This document shows positions 1 through 12,106 of a DNA stretch of 64,000 bases, in pieces. The position numbers were made by a program, and so were the translations under genes. This stretch comes from Cirrosporium novae-zelandiae (Eukaryota). The stretch covers positions 496,001 to 560,000 of the forward strand of contig JAPETS010000002.1 in NCBI GenBank assembly GCA_026023565.1, given 5' to 3'. The notes under the pieces are model-generated. The model searched no databases, was not told the DNA's origin, and was given only the letters and a program-made list of their open reading frames with translations. Every line of letters starts with the position of its first letter. Position 1 is the first letter of the stretch.

Positions 1-2314
1 GGATGTTACGCATGCGACGGCCACCGCGGCGCTGGGACGGGGAGATACTGGCATTGTGCTCTGCGACGATGCGGGAGATTTGGAGGACCAGCATTCGTAG
101 GGTTGCGGGGGAAGGATGGAAGGAGAAGAGGGCGTGGAGGGCGTGGATTGCGACGAGGGTCCCTGGAAGGTCCTTAGAGAGGCAGAAACAGCGGACGATT
201 TGGTTGTAGAGTGCTGGTGTGAATTCCTGGCGGTAGGTTTCTTGGATGGGGGTTGGGAGGGTGGAGAACCAGTTTTCGGACATTTCGGCGAAGAGGCGGC
301 GCGGAGCGGGGAAGCTGGAGGATTTGGCGGTTCCTGAGAGGCGCGCTTTTTGGCAGTCCCAGAGGCAGGCGAAGGTTTGGAGGTCCGGGCCGGCGCCCCC
401 TGGGATGAGGCGGAGGGTGGTGGTGTAGTCGGTCCAGATCGGATCGATGCTGTGGGCGCGCAGGGAGTGGTAGAAGAGATGGTTTAGGAAGTACGAGTTT
501 GGTTGGATTTGGGCGGCGGACATGGCGGTGCGGAGGCGGGGGATTGAGCTTTCTTCGAACGGGTGTCGCGTGTAGTAGAATAGGAGGATCGAGAAGGTTT
601 CGATTGTTGCGGGCGGGGTGAGGCGTTGGAGGAAAAATGGGATGGGGGGGTTGTTGTTGTCGGTGGTGGTGTTTCCTCTTGTTTGGTCTTGTTTTTGTTC
701 TTGATCGCCTTGTGGTTGCTGCTGCTGCTGCTGCTGTCGCTGCATGACGAGCTCCAGTCTTTTTTGAATCATTGCCCATCCCATTTCTTTGGCTTTCTTG
801 ACTGATCCTCGTTGTCCTTTGCGTAACCAGGCTGCCATGATCCCATTCAGGTGTCTCGCATCCGGCTTGACGCCTCGTTCGTACATCAATTCAATCACCT
901 GGGCGGCCGAATCAGCTTCCCCCATACCTATCAGCTTTTTCATCCAGCTGGCGTAAAAAAATTTATTTTGCAATCGCCGCGGAAGAATTGTCAGTGCGGT
1001 TAGCGAGACCTTGTTGACTTCGGCTTCGTCGAGACTGAGGGTTTGGATTTGGCTACTGAGGCCGAGTGCTCTTCTGTATAGAGCACTAGAGTCTTCAGAT
1101 GTTGCCTTTCCGGTGAGCATCATGTCTCTAAATACGGCGAGAGCGAGGTCTGTCCGTGCAGAGTGTAGAAACATGATACTAATTTTGTCGTAATCGTCCA
1201 TCGTCATGTCGTTGCCGAGAGCTTCTTTCACTTTCATGTACAAGGCCCAAGCATGCTGAAACTTGGAGGGTTCGCAAGACCTTGTCCATGCGCCAATAAT
1301 TGGTATGAGGATTCTGCGATCAATGTCCTTCTCGTACTTTAGAATCGAGATGGCCATTTCTTCGGCCTGCTGGGGTTCCTTTTGGGATGCCACCATCGTG
1401 ATACCAAACGACCAATATTCTGTAGAGGTATCCGGATGGGCCTTCAAACGACCCGTGGCTTTTTTCCATCGTTCGAATGCTGATTCTTGTTCCCCGCTTT
1501 TAAAAAGTACTTCAATATAGAGCAATTCCTGTACGGGACTTAGTTCTCTTCCTCCAGCAATCATATCCTCTGCAAGTGTCTTTAGACGTTGAATCCTTTC
1601 CAAGTCGTTCACTTGGGATTGGGTACTCCATAGCACATTCCAGGCTTCAGATGGCATTTCGCCCACCAGAGCGGGAAGGTTGAATTTGCAGCGAGAGTAC
1701 CATCGCCATACCTCCTTGCGGTGTATATCATTTGTTGGGTCTTCCGAAGCTCTTTTTAACCAAGTAACCAATTCTTTGAGATGGATTTGTTGGTCTAAGG
1801 GGACTTTCAGGATCGCATCAAACCCACTAGTATCGGGTAGTGTGAATGAATCCCCTCGTAGGCCTTCAATTTCATTTGAGGTCTCGATGGAATCGGCTTC
1901 ATGTTCAGGCTTGACGTTCCCAAATTCATCAAGAGGAAACTCATTTCCACTCTCCCTTCGATACTTCAATATAATTTCCCTAGCCTCTTTTTTCTGGTCT
2001 TCCGTAAGGCCTTCCAACAATGGACTATTCTCGGCAAGGCCAACCTTTTTCAGCTCATGTAGTCTCTTTTCCAGTTCCACGATCTGGCGTTTTAATTCTA
2101 GAGCTGCTTCATCCTCATCTGGGTTGTATTTCCTCCTCTCCAAACTATTGAGGGAGTCCTGTTCGAACAAGTTTATTTTCACCTCGTCGTCTGGGCTATC
2201 ATTGCGGTAAAGCAGAGAAGTCGAGTGGAATAACCTTGTAAGAGTAGGACGGTATATAGGTAATGGCGCACATCGCCAGATGATTTGGGCGCCTCGGAAG
2301 CCAAAACGGCGCAT
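1..2314 (-). CDS. Mitochondrial pentatricopeptide-repeat (PPR)-type protein, 3' end beyond window start
   Basis: Absent from the ORF track because it runs off the edge. ATG at 2314 gives MRRFGFRGAQIIWRCAPLPIYRPTLTRLFHSTSLL (mitochondrial presequence-like). The same frame, sampled downstream, gives helical-repeat motifs PATIETFSILL, IQPNSYFLNHL, PDLQTFACLWDC, LYNQIVRCFCL and a poly-Q tract near 715-735. Confidence 0.75.
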   Translation of the reverse strand, partial: MRRFGFRGAQIIWRCAPLPIYRPTLTRLFHSTSLLYRNDSPDDEVKINLFEQDSLNSLERRKYNPDEDEAALELKRQIVELEKRLHELKKVGLAENSPLLEGLTEDQKKEAREIILKYRRESGNEFPLDEFGNVKPEHEADSIETSNEIEGLRGDSFTLPDTSGFDAILKVPLDQQIHLKELVTWLKRASEDPTNDIHRKEVWRWYSRCKFNLPALVGEMPSEAWNVLWSTQSQVNDLERIQRLKTLAEDMIAGGRELSPVQELLYIEVLFKSGEQESAFERWKKATGRLKAHPDTSTEYWSFGITMVASQKEPQQAEEMAISILKYEKDIDRRILIPIIGAWTRSCEPSKFQHAWALYMKVKEALGNDMTMDDYDKISIMFLHSARTDLALAVFRDMMLTGKATSEDSSALYRRALGLSSQIQTLSLDEAEVNKVSLTALTILPRRLQNKFFYASWMKKLIGMGEADSAAQVIELMYERGVKPDARHLNGIMAAWLRKGQRGSVKKAKEMGWAMIQKRLELVMQRQQQQQQQPQGDQEQKQDQTRGNTTTDNNNPPIPFFLQRLTPPATIETFSILLFYYTRHPFEESSIPRLRTAMSAAQIQPNSYFLNHLFYHSLRAHSIDPIWTDYTTTLRLIPGGAGPDLQTFACLWDCQKARLSGTAKSSSFPAPRRLFAEMSENWFSTLPTPIQETYRQEFTPALYNQIVRCFCLSKDLPGTLVAIHALHALFSFHPSPATLRMLVLQISRIVAEHNASISPSQRRGGRRMRNI

Positions 2315-2591
2315 GAAGTGTTAAAGTGAAATGGAAGTTTTCATTTGAGGGGAGCTCTGATTCCTGGGGAAGAAAATTCGGGGCTCTGGACTTCAACCGA
2401 GATGCAAAGAGATCATTTTTTCGCGCTACTTACGGGAAGCTCCAGCAGGTAAAATATTCCTAAGGTTAGAACGGACAGCTATGTGCTTTACTTATAAATA
2501 TCCCTTTTCTTTTTTATCATGAATATTCCCATATTTGCAGCTTCAATTGATTATTCTATTATCTGGTCGCTACATATCTCATGTCTACATC

Positions 2592-4370
2592 TCACATCCG
2601 ATACCTAAAGCCCCGCGTCTTGAGATCCGTTACATCATCTTCCTCTTCTAATTGCTGTGCTGCATCAGGCTTATATCCCATGGACCCTATCGTTTCACCT
2701 ACTGCGATGCCCTCCATCTTGTCCCGCTGCGAATTGAGCCAGAGAGCGTAGAACCGCAACCCGATGGCAGCTACAATTACCAGGGCATAGCAAACAAGAA
2801 TTGCTTTAAAGGCAGTCGGATAATGCGGTGCTTCACTGTCCTTGAACGTTTGTGGCCCTGCGATATTCCCGGCGCAATATACCACAAATAGGATCGCAGT
2901 CATTGTCATCTTCTTTGTCACCCCCTTGTAATTCGAAGCTACGAGGGACATGGCAAGTGGCATCGCGCCAGGGCCAGTAGAGAGTAAATAGTATCCAAAC
3001 AGTTTGACCCCCAGCGAGACCGACGAAGCATAGATAAGCGAACTCCCAACCACAGGTGGTATCACACAGGCGATGATCAACAAAGTCGTGCAGTTATTTA
3101 GCCGGCCAGCAAAGTAACCTCTGTTTCAATATTTGTGTTAGTGTGCCAAAATACTTCACCCTATGCGGGAGATAGTCTTACGTGATGAGGATTGTAAAGA
3201 ATGCGATGAAAGAGGATGGGATCCCAACAAGTGTCGTTTGGAGGGATGTGAAGCCGAAGCCTTTCAACACAAGGCTTCCGAAATTCTGAGTACCTCCATT
3301 TGGAAGCTGTCAAGTATGTCAATCATGCATTCGTTACTTCACCAACAAGACAAGATGGCATACCTGGGTGAGCAATGATATAGCCACAAAGAAATATGTC
3401 TTTGGGTCCAGTAAACATTCAATAACTTGCTCTCCTTTCCAATGGATATTTGCCGCTTTCAGTTTGCCGGTACCGGAAACTACGACTCGATCTTGGGCTA
3501 CCTGTTTTTCCTCCTCGTTCAAAAAATTACAAGAGTCAATAGAATCGGGTAGGAAGAAATATATAACTATCGCCCACAATCCAGTCGGGACGCCAAATAT
3601 CTGCATGAAACACATATTAGCAATGGAGACTGCATCCATTGGTCTCGTCGAGAATTCCTTACAATAAACATCCACTGCCATGGTTCCAATGGGTGATCGA
3701 TGTGCCCAATACCGTATGCCAATATGGAAGCTAGAAATCCTCCAAATGAGTTCCCGGCGAACCATATACCAGTACGGCTAGGTATTTCATCACGTGTGTA
3801 CCACATAGACGTGATATATACAAACGCCGGAGAGATGGTTGCTTCCACACACCCAAGGAGGAAACGAACCGTGATCAACCCTCCATAACTGGAACAGCCG
3901 GCAGTCGCTGCAACCACCGCACCCCAGACGATGACATCAGCTGCCACATACTTTCCAATTGGCAATGACTGAATCAATACGGTGGTCGGGTACTCCCAGA
4001 AAAGGTAGCCAAAACTAGAGATTATATATTGTTAACATCTATGGTTTATTTGTCTCACGGAAGAAGTATTAAATAAAAGACCAAAGGCCAACATACTAAA
4101 ATACGCTAGACACCCAACTATATTGATCGCCAGTAATGTGCTAGGCAGAGTTAGCCAAACGTTAATGATGAGTTGAGATATACAAACATTGGATTCCTTA
4201 AGACCAAAGACAGCAGCACTTGACAGGATAGTTTTGTCCATGAAATTGAAATTATATGTAATGAACATGATTGGGAGGAGTCGCCAATCAATCTTGCGAA
4301 GCACACGTCGTACAACCTGTGCAGATTGATCATCGGGAGTGATCTCCTCAGAAATGTCGTTGATGCCCAT
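2592..4370 (-). CDS. MFS transporter, allantoate permease (DAL5-like, anion:cation symporter family), multi-exon
   Basis: ORF pieces carry RRVLRKIDWRLLP, NFMDK, RFLLGCVEA, WYTRDE, WQWMF, GNIAGPQTF and the C-terminal DVTDLKTRGFRY, joined by several short GT-AG introns. Confidence 0.9.
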
Positions 4371-4983
4371 TATGATGATTTCTTGGTAGGATAAATGGGA
4401 GAAAGCGAAAGCGACAAGCAGGTTCGTCTTCTGAGATCCGGGAATTCTGGTTTTAAAGCTGGTACATTCCTTATCTTGTTCGCCAAAAGATGGTCGAGTG
4501 ACTTGGAGCCTCTCGTTAGCTTTATCGTTCTAGCAATACCAGCTGATGCTCTTATAATTACGATTGCGTGGGTTCTTTTGAGAGATATGGAAAATATATA
4601 TTGACAGGAAAGAAAAAAGCCTTCCAACTAGTTACCCGATCCAAGAAAGGCCAAGGCCTTGTCTGATAAAGAAGAGACATTATCCACTGGTTAATTTCTT
4701 TGCAGATTTTGCGGTACTCGAGTACCACCGTACTATCGATGAGATGGAGCGGGGACTTCCAGGGAACATCCAATGAAGTTGCCAAGCTCAAAGGTTAGAT
4801 AAGATGATCCTGATCGGCTGTTACTTATGGTCCCGATGGATATTGCCGCGTGTTACCGAGTACAGTTAACCCCCACCGGGCCGATAACGGTATCATCCAA
4901 TCCAAGTCAATTTATATATTTCTACTCTTTTGTATTATCATCATTTATTTATATTCTTTTTTCAATAGCCTTAAATTACAGCC

Positions 4984-6157
4984 ATGCCGTCATCTCCTCC
5001 ACCTCCACCTATTTCCCTCTTCATTCAATCCCTCCCTAAACTTGAACTCCATGTCCACATTGAAGGCACCCTCTCCCCGACCCTCCGCTGGGTTTGCGCC
5101 CAACGCAATACAATCCCTCTTCCATATCCCACACTCTCAGACCTCGAGGCTAGTTACGCCGTCACCTACAACCACCGTAGGAAAACGCGTGGCGATAATG
5201 GCGCGCCCACATTCTTTTCTGCCTACTACGGTGGAATGGAGGTCCTTCAAACCGAAGAGGATTTCTACGATCTTGCTATGGAGTACTTCGAAAAAGCTAA
5301 ACAGATGAACGTTCGATATGCAGAAGTGTTTTTCGATCCACAAGCGCACACCAGAAGGGGTGTGAAGCTACAAGACGTGCTCAATGGACTACAGAAAGCG
5401 AAACATGACGCGGAAGCAAAACTCGGGGTAATTTTCACTAATATTACTTGACTTACAATATCCTGTTCTTACTTAACATGCCCTACCTTTCACCTAGCTG
5501 TTCTCCAACTGGATTATCTGTTTCCTCCGTGACTCTCCCCTCGACTCGGCACTTTCCCACTATCACCTAATCCACTCTACACATCCTGATCTATTCAAAG
5601 CCATCGGTCTCGACTCTGATGAATACGACCATCCGCCCTCCGAATTCGCCTCCCTCTTTGCCCTAGCCCGTCAAGACGGCTATAAATTGACCTGCCACTG
5701 CGACGTGGAGCAAAAGGATACTCACGCACACATCGCATCTGTACTATCTGAAATTGGTGGCAGTGATAAACAAGGTGCAGATCGGATCGATCACGGTATT
5801 AATGCTGCAGATAAGCTTGAACTGCTAGATCTGCTTCTTCGAAAGGGACAATCTTTCGGCCAGACACTCTGTCCACACGCATATTTGAGACATGAGCCGG
5901 CGGACTCCATCTTCAAGAGGATAAGGCTGCTGTATGACAAAGGCGTAAAGATCACGATCAACAGTGATGATCCCACGTACATGCACGAGAGATGGGTAAG
6001 TGAAAATCTTGAAATTGTGAGAGAAGGTTGCAAATTCAACGATGGGGATATGATAAGGCTTCAAAGGAACGCCGTGAAAATATGTTGGGCTGAGGAGAAG
6101 ACGAAAAAGGCAATTCTAGATGAACTGGACACGTTCGAGGAGAGGTGGTGTAAGTGA
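4984..6157 (+). CDS. Adenine/adenosine deaminase family amidohydrolase (one intron, about 5428-5497)
   Basis: LPKLELHVHIEGT, YAEVFFDPQAH, IGLDSDE, RIDHG and INSDDP motifs. Intron GTAATT...CACCTAG restores the frame. Confidence 0.9.
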
Positions 6158-6965
6158 TTTGTATGGTGCCACCGCTGCAATAATAATGATACTTGATAAA
6201 CATGAAATGACTCCAGCTATACCCACTATAACAGGCCGAACCCCTTAAACCGAGGCAGCAGGAAAGCTAGCAACACGCCTAGAAAACAACAAGCAACGCA
6301 ACACTACCAGCCAAAACGGGTTGAAACTCGTCCCAACCATATTGCAGGTCTTCTGCTCTCTCAAGGGTACCATTCTCCTACAACAGAAAGCATTTGGAAA
6401 AAAGGAATGACAAGGCTCATTTAAATTACCTCATAACTTCGTCTGTCGATCTTGGCCACATTTAGCAAAAATTCACTCATGATCCCTGAGACATTCCCCA
6501 TACTTGGAGACCAGAAAGGAGATAAAAGGAAGCTTTGTTCCTCCATTCCCTTCACTCTATAGTTCCACCGTGGAACTATTTAATGGTTATCCTTTTTCTC
6601 TTCTAGCCCATTTTCGCTGGATATATCCTGCGCGTCGCGCCATTCCTGTTTAGCGCTCTCCGTTAGCCGATGCGGCCCGGAACGTTAGCTCAGGAACGCT
6701 AGTCCTTTCTGAATCCTACAGGAAACTAGTTATAACTGCTCACTCACTCATTCATTCGACATCTAATAATACAGCGAGTACCATCCTCGAATTATTTAAA
6801 AACAACTATTATCGGAGTTGAGCTTTGAGACCCATATGTGAAATACCGCAATATATACCAATCAGGCGCGACAACAAATCCCTAGCCCAAAGGGTAATCG
6901 ACCCTCACTGTGCCTTGTGAACGAAGCGACAAGCCCAGGTTCACCGTGGAGTTACGATACAACTC

Positions 6966-8357
6966 CTACCTCGCCTTCGCATATTTCGTCCATAGTGTAT
7001 CATGGTCTAAATGCGACACACTACTCTCCTCCACACCTGTCAAAATTTCCAACCCTCCACCAGCACTCTGCGGCAGAGCAGGTAAAACAATTTGTAACCC
7101 ATTGATAATCCCAACGCTTGGTGACCTCACTGCTTCGATGAATCCTCCAAACATGTGTCCCCAGTCAATCGAATACAACGAGAAGTTTATCCAGGAAGTT
7201 TGTACGCAGTGATGTCCGGGAACATCTAGAAATGCTGTCGCTACGAGCCGATTGACGTCTGAAATGGATCCAATAAGGGTGACAATGTCGTCGGTCCACT
7301 CTCGATCTGCTTTGGAAATGGCTCGACGGATCTCGATAGCAATATCTGCGAGGCTAGCTTTAGTGAGCATGGTTCGGATGCCCATAGATACTGCAACAAA
7401 TTCGAGAAAACATCCCATGGTGTCGGGATGCATTGGAGGATTTACGCGACTGCGCCCATCAATCGCAATGTTAAAGACAGACTTCGGGTCCCCCTCAAGT
7501 TTATCAAGCGGGAATTGGGCGGCTATGATGGTCCTCCACAGAAGCGCTGAAAGCGCATCGTTGGTTGAGATCCAGGTGACATCCGTGGGTGGTGTTGTTG
7601 CATGCTTTGGAGACGCATCCTTCTTCAACTCTGCCAACGCTTTTGGGGAAAAATAAAATATTTCGCCTCGGTGGCTTGGACTCAACATTTTTGGAGGGGC
7701 CCCGGGAGGTGTAAAAGGTAGCAGTGTATATTCTGGGTGATTTTCTAGTTTACCCTCGTTCCGTCCCGAGCCCTCCATTATCCGTTCTCGATCAAAGATT
7801 TTTGCCGGTAGCTCGACAGGTGAGGCGATCTCAATCCCTTGAGCCTTCCGGCATTCCTCTCCCCAAACTTCCAACATTTTTTGGAAAGTTATGCCATCAC
7901 CAATCATGTGGAGAATACACCAGTTCAGGATTAGTCCTCCTTGGATGAAGTTTGCTTGCACCTCAGTTATCGGCATCTCGTCACCTGTCGCTGTCCACAC
8001 AGGACGCCGACACATGACATCTCCATCAAAAGCTGAAAGGGGGAAGTGCTTCTCCTTGAGCTGTTGGTAGGTCATTGGGAATGCCCCGGGTGCCGTTAGA
8101 TCCTTTACTTTGATATCACCAAAATCCCCATGCTCTAACTTCATCACACCCTCTTGTTTAGCCTGAGGATCTGGAACCGCTCGACAAGAGAGTACTGGGA
8201 GCCTTTTTTTCGTTGCTTCCAATGCTCGTCTTAGGACCCCAACAACCTCATCTTGTGTATAACCACTCGCGAGTTGGAAGGGAAACATGTATCGTACATA
8301 GCCTTTTGGCCCTACCTTCTCCAACGGCATTATCGTCGGAACCGCTGGCGTAGCCAT
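6966..8357 (-). CDS. TRI101-like (trichothecene 3-O-acetyltransferase family) CoA-dependent acyltransferase, intronless
   Basis: 463-aa ORF with QANFIQGGLIL, the HxxxD motif HMIGDG, ISTNDALSALLW and a C-terminal DWG motif. Confidence 0.85.
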   Translation of the reverse strand: MATPAVPTIMPLEKVGPKGYVRYMFPFQLASGYTQDEVVGVLRRALEATKKRLPVLSCRAVPDPQAKQEGVMKLEHGDFGDIKVKDLTAPGAFPMTYQQLKEKHFPLSAFDGDVMCRRPVWTATGDEMPITEVQANFIQGGLILNWCILHMIGDGITFQKMLEVWGEECRKAQGIEIASPVELPAKIFDRERIMEGSGRNEGKLENHPEYTLLPFTPPGAPPKMLSPSHRGEIFYFSPKALAELKKDASPKHATTPPTDVTWISTNDALSALLWRTIIAAQFPLDKLEGDPKSVFNIAIDGRSRVNPPMHPDTMGCFLEFVAVSMGIRTMLTKASLADIAIEIRRAISKADREWTDDIVTLIGSISDVNRLVATAFLDVPGHHCVQTSWINFSLYSIDWGHMFGGFIEAVRSPSVGIINGLQIVLPALPQSAGGGLEILTGVEESSVSHLDHDTLWTKYAKAR

Positions 8358-9687
8358 TGTAATAATTGGAGATAGTATGGGTAAAGTGAAAAGTAAGTTT
8401 GGGTAATGTACACGAATTTGGGCGTCTTTCTAGCTCTTCCAACGTGTAAATCGAGGGCAGCGCAAAGCGCCTTATAACTTGTACTCAGTAATATCACAAA
8501 CTTTTCAATCACCGACCTTCTATTCAGGGGCAATAATAAGTTTTCTAGCATTACTAGGGACATGATATGATGCTACTCCAAGTTGCGGCCCAACAGGGGC
8601 ACTATCAAAAGCTTTCTGAGACATCTCGTTTTGTTAGCCTGCATTTTGCTTCAAGACCGCGCCGAACGCATCGCGGTGGAGCAGACAAGGGTTTCTCGAA
8701 ATCCCCGTTGAGCTTTTTAGCGTGCGGCACAGCACTTGAACACAGACCCCACAGGTTTCAATGCCTACTACCACTAGCTATCACCACTCATCACAGACAG
8801 ATCCAGACAAGATATTGTGGACGCAATTTTAATGTTGCTAATCATTAGTTACAATGCTTTATCCCAGATCTGAAATGACGAATGAGTAATGCTCGCTTGT
8901 CGAGTGGACAGGGGATGAGTCAATTAGTCTCCTTATTCCCAGGTGTCTCTTCCAATATTTATGTGAAAACCAATTTTTGACCTACCGAGTTCCAGGCATT
9001 CCTCTCCTTGAGGCTAGGCCATTGATTAAGGTACGTAGTGCATTTGCCCCAAATGCCCATCAACCTTTTCTTCGTCCCATGGTGAAGTGTAACGGCCAAA
9101 AACTAGAGTGCACGCTCCCTTTATGCCCTTATCGAGAGATGGTGCTTTCACATAGCATGACACTATTCATCACCCAGGCACGAACACTCCGACTTAGACG
9201 TAGCCGATACAATTATCCAGGTTGGTGGTGTTACTGTGATTGACGATTAAGGGTATTGAAACTGGGGCAAGAGTGAAGAGACTAGTTGCCTGCATATACA
9301 GGGAAGAGAATTTCCTGAAAGTGCTGAATAGATCCATGACATCTAGTACTCAGGAGAAATTGGCCTGGTTTTGAGGCAGCTGTGAAAGTCTTCACTAAGA
9401 AGCTTGTCATGGGCCCTGATAGCTATATTTATCATGTCTACCCTCCAACGTCAAACTTGATTTTGAGCTGAGTTCCATGTTACTGGCATATTGTGTCAAA
9501 GGAGAAGTTCTCTCCCTGTGTCTGAAATTCTGCCCTTGCTCAGTGTGTTCAACTGAACGGAGAGCTCCATGCTCCTGATCCCCCAAGCTGTTGTATATCG
9601 ACAGAGCCTCTTTTTTGCAGACCAACCTTTAGCTTGGATTTTAATTTCTTGAATTGCGTGCAAAGCTGCCAATCTGTGAAGCAAAAA

Positions 9688-11086
9688 ATGTCGTCTCTAT
9701 TCGGAGAGGCGCCGTCGAGCATTAATTTGAAAGATAATAGAACACCTGGTGACAATGCGGCAGTTATTATACTTTTGGTCATTGCAAATATTGCAGTGGG
9801 TGCCCGGTTAGCGTCAAGGAGGATTCAACGGGCTTCATTGGTGGCTCATGACTATCTGATTATGATAGCCTTGGTATACTGGCCCTTTCCTCTTCTTCAC
9901 CGATGGCAGTTAACAAGAGACGCAGTTGATGGTATATGCTACCACAGCACTAAGTATTACGGGTAAGCACTTTATGCACAATTGTACCCTCAGTTGGAAC
10001 TTATCTAACATGACTCTTCAGGAGGTTATTTCGGCGCAGGAAAACATGTATGGGTTGTTTCAACACCGAACTTGGTCACGATTGTGAAAGTAAGGTTGCA
10101 AAACTCCATGAGAAAGTAATTGCTAATATCAAATATTTTCGTTTTCTAGATTCTTTTTGCCTATACATGGATTTATGGTTGTTCCGTATCCTTCACCAAA
10201 CTCTCTATCTTATTCTTCTATCGGAGGATCTTTGGTACCCAGAGCCGACCCTTTAATATATGCATATACGTGTGCGGCTTCCTGGCTGGCAGTTATCCGC
10301 TCATGATCTGGGGAACAATGCTTGGGGCCTGCAGACCCCTTCATTATTACTGGGATCAGTACCAGGACCTAACTCTGGAGGGGACTTGCATCGATGTCAA
10401 CAAGTTCTTCCTTATTGCGGGTATAATGAACATGGCCACCGATGTCATTATTCTCATTGTCCCTATTCCGAAGATCTACCACTTGCAGATATCTAAAGGC
10501 AAAAGGCTCAGCATATCGGGAATTATGCTTCTCGGTGGATTGTGAGTTAGAATTAGCAGTCTCATGTCACTCAAGTCGCTAATCTGGTCACAGTGTCTGT
10601 GTCGCCAGTGTTGTTCGCATCTCCTATCTCGTTACCCTGCAGACTGCCATCGATGTCACCTGGATTATGGGTCCAGTCTTCATCTGGTCCTCGGTCGAGC
10701 CAGCCATTGGGATCCTCTCCGCCTGCCTCCCACTAATGCGTCCGCTAATCAGATTCTTCATCCATGACTTTCTCGGTTCCAGCAACAAACGCAGCAATAC
10801 TGGCGGTTTAGAGTCAACCCAGGGTTGGATGAGCAATCGCAATAGATCCAAGCTCAAGAGCTCTCGGGCGAGCGTGGATCAACAACGAGACTTTGGACAA
10901 TTATCCGGATTTTCGACCAGAATCAAGCGGAACGAAGAAGATGATGAAATTCAGTTGACAGACCAACCAAAAAGCATGGGGTATAATAATGGGAAGCGGT
11001 CGATTATAGTGAAGACCCAGATAGACCAGTCATCCAGTGTTTCGGACACATCTGAGACTGGTGCGAGTACACTGGGAAGGAATTAG
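9688..11086 (+). CDS. PTH11-like integral membrane protein (fungal rhodopsin domain, no CFEM), 5 exons
   Basis: Spliced reading gives HDYLIMIAL, GAGKHVW, KLSILFFYRRIF, NMATDVIILIVPIPKI, WSSVEPAIGILSACLP and a Ser-rich cytoplasmic tail. Confidence 0.85.
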
Positions 11087-12106
11087 GCTTAGCGGGGCCA
11101 GTATTAGGTTAACACTACCAAAGCCGGGTACCCGTGCCTGAATCGCCTGAATGGTTAGGCGAAGTAGTGTCGGATCCGGGCGGGAGCACCCACGGGTTTT
11201 GAAACCTTTCTGGTCCGTGGGAGGTGTGCACGGGCCTCAACGCCAATATTAATTTTATACTTCATGTTATACATATATACTCAGTACATAAATGGAAGTC
11301 GGTGGTAACAATTTTCAATTGATCTTGACAGTTAGGTTTTCCATATATATTAATATTAGTGTCATCTCGTAATTGAGATGTTTTGCTTGATATCATTCCC
11401 AAGGTTTAGAGCTAAGCCTCTGAATTATTTGGTCAAATACAGTAGCCATGTTCTGTTGCATAAACGATTTATATCGAGGCAGAGATCTCTCGATAGTTCA
11501 AACCCAACATTGTCAGGCTTCATTATCCTTCCCTTTACCCATTTTACAGGCACCTCGGCCTGCAAAGAGGCCTGCCTGAGTGGGGTCACTAGGATTGTTA
11601 AGATGCGACGGCGTAGAAAATATCAAAGTCTACATGTCGCCGGATTTCTTGTCCCAGTTGAAATTGAAACGGTTGTGCTGGAACCTGGGATCCGTAAGAA
11701 TCGGGTGGAGCCTGTACCACAGCATCGTAGGAGACCAATGGATCCAGTGAGGTTGTTTCTCTACAGTAAACACGCCAACGCGCGAGCACACATCCATCTA
11801 TCCCGTCTGTCCGTTAACGGTGATCGACTAAGAGATAATTAGGCTGTATATGCCCCGGCGCATTTTGTCCGTCGCAAAACAGGCAGAATGCGAATTCTGA
11901 GCCAGCAACCCGCCACGATGTTGTTGACGAGTCCAACGCAGAATTTGAAACAAGCCAAATATCACCAACATCCCATCCCCATACCATACAGCCGATTGCA
12001 CCGGAACTGTTCCCGAGATAGTTCACATGCGTTCATGACGGAGAGGATTAACCGACTGTACCATCACAGACTAGGAAGTCACAGAAGCTTAGCAGACCAA
12101 CCATTA

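Noticed and set aside
3..2210. ORF-track ORFs such as 174-779 (-) and 1680-2210 (+)
   Set aside because: They are alternative-frame or antisense shadows of the long PPR reading frame.
6966..11086. Secondary-metabolite biosynthetic gene cluster
   Set aside because: No backbone enzyme (PKS, NRPS, terpene cyclase, DMATS) is present in the window.
11100..11250. GC-rich nested inverted repeats (CCCGTGC/GCACGGG, CCCACGG/CCGTGGG) as a structured RNA or MITE
   Set aside because: The stems are short, there is no TSD or second copy in the window, and there are no tRNA or snoRNA hallmarks.
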